NCBI GenBank assembly: GCA_965202585.1
Contig: OZ241830.1
Span: 73,222,001-73,286,000, forward strand
Reading direction: 5' to 3'
Length of the DNA: 64,000 nucleotides
DNA from: Thalia democratica
Lineage: Eukaryota
In this document: positions 28,617-41,279 of the stretch, one piece after another
Numbering within the stretch: the first letter of the stretch is position 1
Layout of the letters: each line of letters begins with the position of its first letter
Notes under the pieces: generated by a model
What the model was told of the DNA's origin: nothing
Seen by the model: only the letters and a program-made list of their open reading frames with translations
The model's database searches: none
Program-made: the position numbers and the translations under genes

Positions 28617-31600
28617 AATTATTTTACACCACTAAGTTTTAATAAGTACACATATTTCAGGGATTAGCAAACTGTGGTCAAAAAGCAAAACTTTGTTGCC
28701 CACGAAGTATTTCTGAGATGAAAACATACTTGTTTAACAAAAACAACTTAGTGGTATAAATTTACAATTAAATTTGTAACTTAATATTTTTTATGCTCTT
28801 TTAATCCTTATAGTATTACATAATTTATTATAGTACAATTTTTCTATTGACTACTACAACTATTTTAAATAACTGCAGCCCACGATCAATTCTTTGTAAG
28901 GTAAACCTACAAAAAAGTTCTTACTCCTGACAAACATTTATTTTAATTTAATTTCATACTTTGCTTTATCAACACTATTTATGACGTTTCTACAAACAAC
29001 TGGTTTTCAGTGAGTTACGAACGTAAACACGTTTCACTTAAAATGGTTGAAAAAATCTAAGAAAATTTTGGTTGTGTAACATGAGAGGTTTGCAGTCTTT
29101 TGTAAGTCGCTGGCCAACAAAATCTTTTCTCGGGTCGCACTGCACAGAAAACAGTTTTTCTGTGGACCGCTCATTTAAAGTATCTGCAGTTATCAATACA
29201 AACTAAATTTACTTTGAACTAGAACTACAATGAAATAAGTAAAAATACGTAACTATAAACTATTAAATTAAGAGCATAATTGTAAGTTTGTAACGTAAAT
29301 GTTTTTTACTAGTTTAGAATGATTAGTTTTTCGCTAAAAAGAATGCAGACTTTTTCTTTTCCGTTTGCAGTTTACCGATCTTGGTATACATTGTTAATAA
29401 AACAATAACATTCTAATTATCAGTCCACTTTATTTTTGACAATTTTATTCATTTAACTATAACATATCTCAGTAACTTAATTAGAAACTATTACTAGTAC
29501 AGTCACTTTTTTAACAAAAATGTGAAACATTAAAATAGAAAACCCAAAGTAACGTTTTAAAAACTATCAACTAACTGAACTAAACACAAGTTTGCTTTAA
29601 ATTGCGCACTTTCATGCACTTGAAAACTGTCCCGTTTTTTACCTGCCGTCCATCTTTTTCAGTTCGTCATACAGAACCAAGACCATGGCGCTTCCGAATC
29701 CCCTAAGAACGTAGGAGAGCGCCCCCTTGTAGAAAACCCTCGCTCCCCCTTCACCGCAGTACATTTTCGTGACGCAGTCCGCGTAGCCGCCGTATTGTCG
29801 TTCGCTCGGCTTTCTACCGCCCTGCATCACCAGCCTGTTGTTGCAGTTTAGGGGATTTTTGAGTTTTTTCTACTACAACTATTTCCTTGCTCAAGGTGAG
29901 TTTTTGGCGATCAAGTGACTTTTTGAAACCAAACTTTTTAGTACGCAAACACTTCATTGAACCAGTAACTCTTTGGTGCCTTTAGTATATAAAAAAAGGT
30001 CTACAAACTTTTGTTTCTACAGAAACTTTTTATACGAAATTTACTTTTATAATTATTTTACATAAATAAAACTTCGTAGACCTGTTTAAACTTTTCGAGC
30101 ACCGAAGGATGCTTATTGAACAAAGCACTTGCGTGCAAAAACACTTGTTTTTATTTAGCAACGAGCTATGCTTGTCCGACGAGTCTTGGTTTTACGGAGT
30201 TAGTACTCTATAGTCAAGTTTCAAAATTTTCTGATTAAGTTGATTTGCAAAATGTGTTTTTCATTTAAAAAACCAAGGTATAATTAATAATTACAAAAAA
30301 TGATAAAATATATGAATAATCGTACGAGAGTATATTTTCTGATATTCATAAAAATATAATTTAGTAAATTAAACCAACATAAAAAAACTAAAGTCTTTTG
30401 GAAAAGTAAAACAAACTAGTATAAAGTAGTTGGATATGCTGTAAAAATAATGAAATACTTTTTCATATCTAATAATTACTAGTAGGAATCACATTATGAC
30501 ACATACGTAATAAAACTATTATAAAAAATAAGAATACCTTTTTCTGACTGTGTCCATCGGATAACACATAAAGCCAGCCAAAGTTGTTGTGGACTGGGCG
30601 TATAACCATTTAACAAGAACTGAGTCGGTTGGTAATTGTTGGTTTAAAGTATCAAACACGCCAAACTACAGTCCTCTATTAATATGGTTAGTTTTTATCA
30701 AAGTAGCATCAAAAATATAAAGAGTTTTACACAAATGTGTTTTTAAGGTATGTTTCAACATATTTTTTTTATATAATTATAATCCAAACATATAAACGTA
30801 TATAAAAATTGCATAACATACAAATAATAATATAGTTTTAAGATGTACACAATACACTTTTAAGATGTACAGTTTTAAACAAGTTTGTTAATTTATTAAT
30901 ATAAGTAATTTAAACCAGATTTTTAAGGATTAACTAAACTTATAACATTTAGAAAATAATAATACATTTATTAGAAAATTAAATAGATTTTATAAGTTTT
31001 GAAAGATAATTCATTTAGTTTCATTCTTACTTTAGTTGCCTTAAACCAGTTTAATTTACTTTCAAAATTAAATCTAAACTGTACGAGTGTTGAAAAAAGT
31101 TATTTTATTTTATATTATTTTAGATATCTCAAAGTATTTAATTTTAAACTGCAGTTGCACAACAAGCATAGTTTAAAATTGAACTATTTTCAAGCATCAA
31201 AAAAGTTTTAAGCATAAAACAGAATTAAGTTTTCAATTTTGTATTAAAATGCAAACTTGAAAGTTAAAAGAACTTTTTTAAATTAAAACTAAAATATAAT
31301 TAAAAACCAGATATTTCTGGAAAAATTAAATTTAATACTTTAAAACTCATAAATTGTTTAAAATAGTTCGAAACAAAAAAGAAAATAAAACTTATTTCTA
31401 ACACTATTAATTAAGAATACAAATATAAATAAAAAATATATCTGTGTATACAGTACAGTGGAAATTATATAATATTGACGGTATACTAACAATTCCCAAA
31501 CGCGCAAAATTCCCACCAAAAAACTTTTTTTATTCTGTTTGTGTATTTGTTAATTATAATTCTGTTTTTTTTTTTATTTATTAAATTTTTATTTATATTT

Positions 31601-32240
31601 TACTACCACTGTTACCCCTAGCCCTTACCGTTTGGTTGGTAGGCGGTTTTTCGGTTTGAGCGTGTCTAATTGTGCGCGGGTGGGAAATGATCGCGATTCG
31701 GAAGTCAGCGGCTCCCAACATTTACACAAACACAACGTTTCACTTTCCAGCATTACCTGTACAAAACAACAGTGGGAACGCTCAAAGAAAGACCAAAGTA
31801 AAGGCCCCTGACCCCATCACACTTCACAATGGAGCTCATGCAGTGGTGCAGGCCGCGGAACTGCCTGCTCTGTCCCCTCCCAACGTCCAGCGTCAACCGC
31901 GTTCTGGCGAAATCCATCGGGTAAGTGATCGCTGTGGAAGTTGCGCCTGCTGCTGAACCTAGGAAAAAAATCAAAAAAATCAAAACAGCACTATAGCAGT
32001 GCTTCTGAAATGGGGTTCCGTGGAACCCTAGGGTTCTGTGACGCCTCTCAGGGGTTCCGCGAAGCCTTTCGAAATTTAAAAAAGAACATTTATTTAATTA
32101 ATCATTTTATGTAAAATTAAAATTAGGGGTTCCGCGGAAACGTTGAACTTTGGAAAAGGGTTCCGCCACTAGAAGAAGGTTCAGAAGCACTGCACTGTAG
32201 TAACCGGACTAAGGGTGCATAGTTTGTTGAAACTACTTTT
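26803..32240 (+). repeat. Duplicated block, copy A (partner 55640-64000)
   Basis: Colinear alignment starting at GTCAGTGCTAG and including ANT-like exons 3-5 with near-identical introns. Confidence 0.88.
31997..32192. mobile_element. hAT-type MITE in ANT-like intron 2
   Basis: TIR CAGTGCTTCTGAA...TTCAGAAGCACTG; 8-bp TSD CACTATAG/CACTGTAG; truncated counterpart from 63792. Confidence 0.85.
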
Positions 32241-33473
32241 TAATACAAAAAATAAAACACAAGTCAAAAAATGTTCAGACAAAAAAACTGTTCGTACAAT
32301 TTAAAAAACTTAACCAGCAACAAGATTTGCGACTAGTACTGATTTCCAGTCTGTTTTGTTGGTAAATTTTGCTATATGAGGTTTGTAAGCCTCTTTGAAA
32401 GCAAAGTTGAAGGCCTGGGTTAGAAAATATCTGTAAATGTTTGTGAGGTTACCGCGCCAAAAACTTTTCAGTCCCTGCTTCTTGTAAACTCTGCTAAAGC
32501 AGTCTTGTATACCTGAAAAATTGTTCCAACGTGATAAGAAATTAGTTTATTGGTAAAAATAAAAGTTAATACTGTTATAAGCTTGGGTAAGCAAAATGCC
32601 TCGCTTAAGTAAAAATTATTTTACTTGAAATAGTTAAATATCATGTTTAGTATAAAGCAAGTTTAGCCCTTTAAAAAGAAGATTTAAAGTTTTTTTGAGT
32701 TAAATTTTATTGTTTTTTTACTCTTTTTTTGATTAGTTAAAACTTATATATTCAATTTATACAAGGTTATAAAAGGTTATTTGTCATTTTCTTAAATGTT
32801 TTCTAAATTTATGCTAGATTTTTAAAATCAAGATTTTTAGGCCATTTTTAGTATAAAATTAATTAACTTAAAGGTAAAAAAATCTTTATGGTAGCTTTTT
32901 TGTATCTAACTATATTTAGTTATTTTACACTTAAGAATTGTTCAAAATCATAGGTTTTTAGTATTTTTTGTTCGAAATTTAAGGTATTTTAATTCAAAAT
33001 CTCTCAAATTCCCGATTTTTCCAAGTTTTTTTTATATCTTAATTATCAAATTACCAATTATTCAAGGTTTTTCAAGGGTTCCATGTTTTTACGCAACCTT
33101 GTTTACATACTTATTATATTCTTTCTCTTTTTTTTGTAAATTTTTTTAAAGTAAAACTTATTTCAAATAGTTTCTTAACAAAAGAAATGAGGCTCAATTT
33201 ATTTTCAGTAAATCTGTTCTCATAAAAGACTGCCGATTCGTGCTACAAACTTTAAAGTTCTAATACATCATACTTCTTTAAACCACTAACAAAAAGTAAA
33301 TTGTCACGTTCATTTTATTTTTATTTTACACACAATAGTTCAATATGAGAAAATTTTTACCTCATAGGCCTAATACATATTTTTATTAAGATAGTGAAAG
33401 TTTAATTTCTTATCTTAAAAGTGTAGTATTGAACGCAAAATAACAATTTACGAAAAAAAACCTTTGTACTGCT

Positions 33474-34550
33474 CAGTGGCGTAGCGTGGTATTTTGGTCA
33501 GGGGGTGCGCAAATTTTTTTCTCAAAAAATCCTCTAAATTAAAACTTTTTTAATTAGCTATAAAAAAACCTTTTGTAAGTAATATAATTGAAATAAATTT
33601 ATTAATTAAAATAAGTTCGTTAACTGTTTTAAAAAATATTTATATGTTACAAAATTAAACAATTAAATAAAAGTATAAATTTCATTAGAATTACTTATAC
33701 TTGCAAAAATGTAAACTTACTAAAAAAAAATTGTTTTTATTACTTATAGTAAACTTTATATCTTTAATATTAATATGTTCAATAAAACGAAAGTATCTGT
33801 TTTATTTACGAAAAAATATCAATCTCTTTAATATACAATACAACAGTGATATCAACACCTCATTGCACATAATATTAATAAAGTTACACAGAAGTTAAAA
33901 TAGACCAACTTTATAACTGTTATTACAGTTTATTACAACTTTGAAAAATAGTTAAAAGTATAATTTTTAAATTTAATTCATTCGATTGTATTTGTTTAAA
34001 ATAAAAATCACAAACAAAGTTTATTTCTCATAGGCCGACACGCTTTTTCTTGTATGTTTACAAAAATAAAGTTCAAAAAACTAGCAGTAGTCTTAACAAT
34101 TTAGCATAAAAATAAAATTTGTAAAATTGTTTAATTTTTCCTTAAGCGTGACGTATTTTTGTAAACTTTTTGTAGAAAAATAATCTGCCATAAGGTTATA
34201 CTACAGCGGTGCGCTATATTAATTGCGTGCTTTTTGAGTCTAAATTCTTATGAAGTTAATGAACTTATAAATTTTTTCCTTATAGAGTTTTTCATCAACA
34301 TCGGTGCGCATTTGCAATTACGCACCGAATCAGTATATTGAGTAATAACATATACTTTCCTAACTTGTCACTAATTGGTATTCAAAATTTCGTTTAACTT
34401 TTTGTTAGCTAGATAAACATAGTTGAAAAAAGGCAAATTAAGCAGAAAAAATAAACTATAAAGGATAAAGATACTATATTATTTTTTTTACATTTTTCTT
34501 TTTTTGGGTGGCACGCATGCGCCAGTGTCCCTCCCCACGCTACGCCCCTG
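33474..34550. mobile_element. Non-autonomous hAT transposon (1077 bp) inserted in ANT-like exon 1
   Basis: TIRs CAGTGGCGTAGCGTGG / CCACGCTACGCCCCTG; perfect 8-bp TSD GTACTGCT (33466-33473, 34551-34558). Confidence 0.93.
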
Positions 34551-35309
34551 GTACTGCTCATCTTTGGCGATCTGAGCGGAGAGGGCTTGCAGTTGGAGCA
34601 GGAGCCTCACCCTTTCAACTGGGCCGGTTGCTGTTTTGGAAACGGACGCGCCCACTCCCGCAATCACCATGTCTCTTGCGAAATTTTCACGCTTGAGCGC
34701 GCTTGAGCGTTCACGCTTGAGTGCGATTGTTGCTTGCCAGTTGACTCGATTGGCGCTTGGCAGGACCGATCCATACTATTGACGGGAAATGTGAACGGGT
34801 AAAAATTGTTATGAAGCAAACTAAAGTTTATCTGTTCTAATAGGGGTTTATAGTATAAAATTTTGTTGATGCTTTAACAGATACGGGATTAAGGGAGTAT
34901 TGAAAAAAAAACATAGAACGTTAAAGTTACGTCATTTAATTAGAAAAGTATTGAAACATCATTTAAAAAAATAAAACTTTAACCAATTAAACTAAAAAAT
35001 AAAAGTACAACCTTGGTTAACATATAAGTTAATCCAAAGAAACATTCAATTGCAACTTTTTGTAACATTTACTTAATTATAAACACCAACACAAGAAAAC
35101 ACTTAATATTTCAATAAAATTTTTCACCATACTTATACATCTTAACTTAGTACAAAGTGATTTAAAACTAAAATATGTATTTATTACCTGTAATGAAAAT
35201 GTTTTTAAGTCTTTGCACTTTTTTTTGTGTTTTTAAGGTAGTTGTCAAAATCATTGATCGTCAAAAATTTCCATCAATTAACAGATTTAATTTGAGATAC
35301 TTTATAAGC

Positions 35310-36125
35310 TTTAACTATTGCGAAAATTCCAACCGCAATCCCAACCGCGCACAACTCCAACCCGCACAATTCCATCCCGATAAAATCCAAAAGCCGCTTA
35401 CCAACCAAGTTTATACATTAGAGATAGTAGTGATAGATAAATAAGAAACAAGAATTAAACTGGTAAAGAAAAAAAGATGGGTGTTAATTGGGGACACGTT
35501 CAAAATCAACTCGATCAAAAACCCCCCAGTCGAATTCGAGAACCGCTTACTGATCGTGGGTACGAGTTGGGGGCAGGGTTGCCCTTGACTTTTGGCAAAT
35601 TTTGTCCAAGTTTTCAAAATTGTTTCCAAGCTTTTTAAAGTACTTGTTTTTGGGTCTACTTTTAATTTAAACTTGAGTTTAAGGTAAAAAATGTGTTAAA
35701 TAGTATAAAAAAAAATTGAGAAAATACTGTAAAGCTACTTCAAATGTGTTTTTTAATAAAAATATTTTTGATTATGACAAATTTTTTTTATGTATATGGT
35801 AGATTTTTGTGTCAAATCAAAATTTTTGTACTTAACATGTAAAAATTGTATAAAATTCAAGGTTTTTCAAGGTTTTTAAGTTATTTTTGTTCAAAATACC
35901 AGGTTTTTCAGGCAAAGTGGCAAGCCTGGTTAGGGGTAACAATAATAGTGAAAAAAAAATGCAAAAAATTTATGAAATAAATTAAGAACATATGTTTTTA
36001 GATAGGTGGATTTTGAACGCGGTTGGATTTTAAATGCGGGTTGATTTTGATAGTATACCATTAATTTGAACGGATGGGATTTGATTCGGGTTGGAATTGA
36101 TTTGGGTGGGAATTGTGTGCAAGTT
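35310..36125. repeat. Palindromic element with inverted AATTCCAACCCG-type arrays
   Basis: Degenerate C-rich units at ~35320-35400 and reverse-complement units at ~36005-36120; similar short relatives at ~31490-31700 and ~63290-63510. Confidence 0.5.
35574..35928. mobile_element. hAT-type MITE nested in the palindromic element
   Basis: TIR CAGGGTTGCC / GGCAAGCCTG; 8-bp TSD GTTGGGGG/GTTAGGGG. Confidence 0.72.
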
Positions 36126-37094
36126 TAAAACTAAATTAAGTTAGTTGGACAAAATTAACAATTTTAATACGTCAACATTAAAATGCAGATGGAAATATAT
36201 TTGTTATAACATTTGGAAAGGTCAGTCTCAATGAAAAAAAAGCTGAGTCAGCAAATCTTTTAAAGATTTTTTTGATTATTTTTTTGTTTATACCTTTATA
36301 CCTAGCCCAAACTTAACCCACAAACTAATCAAATTATAAAATTTAAATAAATAAAATTAAAAATAACATGAAAAAAAAGCTCCTTCTTTCAGCTTTCCTT
36401 CAGCTCAGACTGATCTTTAAATATACTAGCCAATATTTTCAAAACTGAATTTATGTTTTTGCAAGACTTTAAAATTAAAATTGCTAACCGTTCAAGTTAA
36501 GAAAACAATCTGAAGTATAATTCATGTAATTTTTTTATAACTAAATCAAAAAATTAAATAAAAAACAGAGTCAATAACCGACCATTGTATAAATATATAT
36601 AACTTAAGAAAATATAAATCAGTGTTTAGCTAGGCTAGAGGTCAGTAGGTCAAAAAAGAACAATTTTGATCTGGTAAAATATTCATACTAATTATTTTTA
36701 ACAAAAAAAAAGGCGATACATAATCGTTTAAAGACAACACAAAAATTTAAAATATTAGTCTGTAAACAAAATTACATTTAATTAGTAGAAACAAAATATT
36801 GAATCGGCTTGAGGGCTGCTGTTTGCCGACCCCTAAGCTAGACTTAACATACTAATTACAAACAATTTACAATCTAAGTTAAATATTTGTAAAACTTTAT
36901 TATCTGCACACTATCAAAACAAATTTTGTAAAAAAAAGCTTCTAAAAGTAAAATATTTTAAACAAAAAGTTTATACTTAAAACAGCCAACTTTTTTAAAG
37001 TTTCTGACTTAGTAAAATTTCAATTTAAAAATTTAGTATTTATTTTTTTTACATTGTATACTTTTTATGTTCAAGTACGATGCTTTAAATAATT

Positions 37095-38510
37095 TTTTTA
37101 ACAAAAGTAACTAAGTCAATTTCTGGAAAAACTAATAGTTTGCTAAAGCTTAACAAAATATATATTTAAGTATTTTAACTACTTAATGGTTCATAAGCTT
37201 ATTTTTTACTTCTGCAATGAAATTGACTTCCTCTTTTGGTTTTGTGTGTTAGTTTTTCAATAAATCCCTTACTCAAACCATTTATAACCAAGTCTCGGTC
37301 AATAGAAACATCACTAGGAGTTTAAACTTGATTACAGAATATTTATAAATAAAAGATTAGGGTTTTTCAACTCATCTTAAACAAGCTCCTATGGAAGAAA
37401 TTTAAAAAAAGAGTTGCCTAACTCTGTTTGGTATGCCTTTTTACTACTTAATTAGCCATATACTTCTTCTTAGACTTTACAGTTATATCCCCCTGATATC
37501 CTAAATCGTCTAGTAATGCAACTTGTTTTGAAAACAAGATATGTTTTCATTATTTTATTTTTAATTCAAAGTTGAAAAAACTGTATCAGCTTAAGATGGT
37601 TTTATTGCTTAAAAGATACAAAGACGGTTTGGTGTTACAGTAACTTTGTTGGTTGCTTTTCTTTAAACAGAGTTTTTAAACCTCATACATTTATAATATT
37701 TATAATCTATTAATATAAGAAATAATTCCAATTAACCTGACTGAAATATTTCTGCCTACTAATCTATAAATAGTGTGCTATAACTTTAAACAAATCTGTT
37801 TTTAACTATGCACAACAAAAAAAAGACAGTACTTTAGCATTTGAATAAATAACTATATTTGTGTAACTTAAGATTAAATCATACATATTAACTAATAGCT
37901 TTATAAATTAAGTTTACAACTGTAGCTATAAAAACTTTTAAAAGCTTTTCTTCCTATTTTAAAATTTAATCTGAGTTTTATTTTCAATTTGGTGAGGCTT
38001 TTAAACTTTAACAAAAATTAGCTTTTAAAACTTGAAACAACTTAAAAAACATGTAGGATTTTTATTTATTTTTATTTCATAAGGTATGTATACTCTTTAT
38101 TTTATTTAGAATACTACTTTTTTTGCGTTATCACTAACAATTGTTCTAAAGCATGATATTTTAAAGAGGTATACTAAAAAATAGCCCATTTTGGCATTTT
38201 TGTTTGGTAACATGTGTTAAAGAAAATCAAAGAATTGGTAATTTAAAAAAGTTGATAATAAAAAAGAATATCATGTAGTTGAATAATGAAACGGGATTTG
38301 CCTGAAAAATATTTAAATTTTTGAAAGATTTAGCGCTTAAAAATAGTGTTTACAAACGAACCATCATTGAAAAAAGTTAAAAGTTAAGTAAATTTAAAGG
38401 TATGCTAACAAAAACAGATTAAATTTTGGTTTTAATTTTACAAATTAATTTAGCTGTTTGCTTACGCTATAAGATGCTGATAAAATATTTTTACTAGAAC
38501 AAAATAAATA
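37095..38510 (+). repeat. ~1.4-kb dispersed repeat, copy 1 (copy 2 at ~49230-50640)
   Basis: Colinear alignment starting at TAACAAAAGTAACTAAGTCAATTTCTGG; no ORF or clear termini. Confidence 0.85.
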
Positions 38511-40367
38511 AAAAACAGTTAAGTTGTAAAGATTACAAAAAGAATTAAATTTTTCTTCTTTTAGTACAGTTATAGTATAAACTTTATTAAAATTAGTTTT
38601 GTAACGGTTGCTACTTGTGTTGTTTTGTCATTTTTAAAGTATTTTATAAAAGAGATTTTGCTTTTTTAAGGCTAAGTATGAAATTTAACAAATGGTTAAA
38701 TGGAAAATAATTAAATATACAATAATTGAGTAAAGCGATTTATAAACATATTCTATGCTTTTTAAATCACTAAAACCAAAATATTTTCACACAAAGTAAA
38801 CTAGTAAAAGCATTTGTAATTTGTAAAAACCATCAATGGTTACAACTTATATTGATTATGTAAAATTACAAACTTGATAAGTTTTATCAAGTCGATTTGT
38901 TTATGAATTGAGGTTAATAGTTATATATTTTGATTTTTTTTTCTACTTCTCAGGCTTTCTATGCGAACAAAACGAAATTGTGTACTTTACTTTCTACAAT
39001 TTTGATAAATTTAGTTGTTTTCATATAAGTTAAAAGTTAGAACTGTTTATCTAAATCAACGTTTTTTAAACTGTTCAACCGGTTTTGCCTTAAATAAAAA
39101 AATCTGATTACCGAATAAACGTTAGTTTGTTTAAACTTTAATTTTCATGCATAAGTAATTCTGTTCAGAATTTTTCTTTAAAGTATGACGAATCTGCTTA
39201 ACACTTTTATAATGGTACACAAATTAGTTTAATTTGTAGAAAAACTGTTTTGGTCGGTTAAAAAATAATAAACATAATAACACAGTAAAAACTTGTTTTT
39301 TCCCAGAACTTTGTATTTCTTTGAAAGCTATTATTTAATTTTTATTAACATCAATACAGCATCAAATTAAACGATATAATTATGAAGAATTTGTTTTTTA
39401 ATTTTAATTGTGATCTAAAATAACTGTTTTGACTTTGGGCAACAAACTAATATAAATACAGATATTTATATGCAGTTAAAACATCATGTATATAAAATAG
39501 AACATAAGAAACTTTTTTTCGTTATGAGATTCAGAAATTAAATATTAATAACTAAAAAATGTTTATTATTATTTGTTTTTGATGATTTTTATTCAATTGT
39601 TATTTTTTTAGGAAATGAGTATAACTTAATGTTACACATAAAACATCTACAGGCTTCGAAGTTAATTTTTCCTCAGAAGGACCTGGAGTCACCTTAACAT
39701 CATCAGTAATAGCAGGATTTGAAGCTGATACTTTACCACAAGATAAAAACTGGTACAAAACCATCATCCTTACAAGGAAAAGCATAGAAACAGTCATCAC
39801 TAGGATCTGGATTTACTTCAACCTTATGTTTTCGAACACGTTTGGAAGATGATGTTCAGATGAAATTCTAAAGTATTAACAACCGCTAGGTTACGCCATA
39901 CTCAACTTTTGAAAGAGTGATTTTAACGGTTAGTAAAACATTTTCAAAGTACTAAAATGTGTTTTTATTTTGTTATTTTATTATTTAGTTGTTTTTTCTG
40001 AATGAGTTATAAGTTACTGTGTAAATCAATTTTTTTTAAACTTAACAAACTTGTGTTATTATTTTTTTATACAAGTAGTTTTTAACTTCAAATATTTTTA
40101 CTAACTTAAGCTTTTTTAATATTTAGAATAGTTTTTTTAAAGTCGCAACACTGGTAAAATTAAAAAAAATATATATTTCATATATTTTATAATTAGATTT
40201 TTCTTAAAACAATAGCAATTTTTTTGATAATAGTAAAATTAAGAAAACTTAATAATAATAAAAATAGGTTAATAGTATTGCTATCATATTGAAACTTTTT
40301 AACAAACTTTTGAAAATATTTAAATATTTTAACTAGTATTCGTTTACTAAAAGCTTAAACATTAGAC

Positions 40368-40598
40368 CAGGGTTTCTTAAAGTGGGCTTAGTGGCCCTCC
40401 TGCGTCCCGTCTTAGATACTCAGGGGGCCACGAGCAGCAAAAGGGTAAGAGGGGGGGCATTAGCAGTAAAGGAGCCACAAGGGGGCCATGAGGTCATAAT
40501 TTGAAAGGTAGTTTTTGGGTAATCTTGTAGAAAGGGCCCCATGGCTTTTTTATTTTTTTTTAAAGGGAGCCATTTGCAAAAAAGTTTGGGAAACCCTG
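40368..40598. mobile_element. hAT-type MITE (family of 3410-3697)
   Basis: CAGGGTTTC...GAAACCCTG; TSD CATTAGAC/CGTTAGAC. Confidence 0.82.
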
Positions 40599-41279
40599 CG
40601 TTAGACTATTGTGTACCAGTAGTAACCTTGTAATTAAATTAAGATAATCGATAATAAGGATTTTGAAAAGTAATCCTTGAAAGTTTTTAGTGTGAGTTTT
40701 TAGTTCTTATTATAAAACATTGTGAAGAATTTATTAAAAAAAAATGTTAACTACAAAATTAAGTAATCTAAAAAATATTTTAGTCGTAATTTCAAAACTA
40801 GAAAATTATTGATTACATAACTTGTTTATTCTGATTTAAAAAGTAGGCCATAATTAAAGCAAAAGCTACTATTTAAATATTTACAAGTGATAGTTAGACA
40901 AAGCAGAGACATAAAAACTTTTGATTTATTTTTTTGAAATTTTCATTGATTTTTTTAAATTCGAAAAAATTGTTAATTGTTGGTAATTAAAAAAAGCTTA
41001 CCGATTTTTATCAGAAAATTATTTACCTCTTTATCCTAAAATTAATTTCCTTTAAACTTTTAAACTCGGTACGTTTTAATCAAAATAATAAACAGCAAAA
41101 GTCACAAACTTATTAAACTTTAAACAGAAATAGCTTTATTATTTATATCTTTCTAGCATTAGCTAGTAAAATATCAAAATAGTAAAAAAAACTCAATGAA
41201 AATTCTAACCAAGGTCAAGTAGAATACTTCAGTTCAAGCAAACACGTAATCTACCTGAAAAACTCTTATAAGAGCAATG

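Larger units (their letters stand above)
29639..34670 (-). pseudogene. Divergent ADP/ATP carrier (ANT/SLC25A4-like), copy A; disabled by a hAT insertion and a nonsense codon
   Basis: Exons (minus) 34670-34551 plus 33465-33462 (split by transposon), 32512-32315, 31958-31757, 30675-30538, 29834-29639. Motifs [84 protein letters not shown] at 30668-30666 where copy B has TAC. Confidence 0.9.

Noticed and set aside
28294-28642. Repetitive ORFs (MIISN/ITSNP, MIGLE/VIGLE repeats; also 57037-57249)
   Set aside because: Translations of a stop-free 15-bp minisatellite.
31672-31956. Plus-strand ORFs over ANT-like exons (31672-31956, 34508-34696, 61405-61794, 63346-63606)
   Set aside because: Antisense shadows of the carrier exons.
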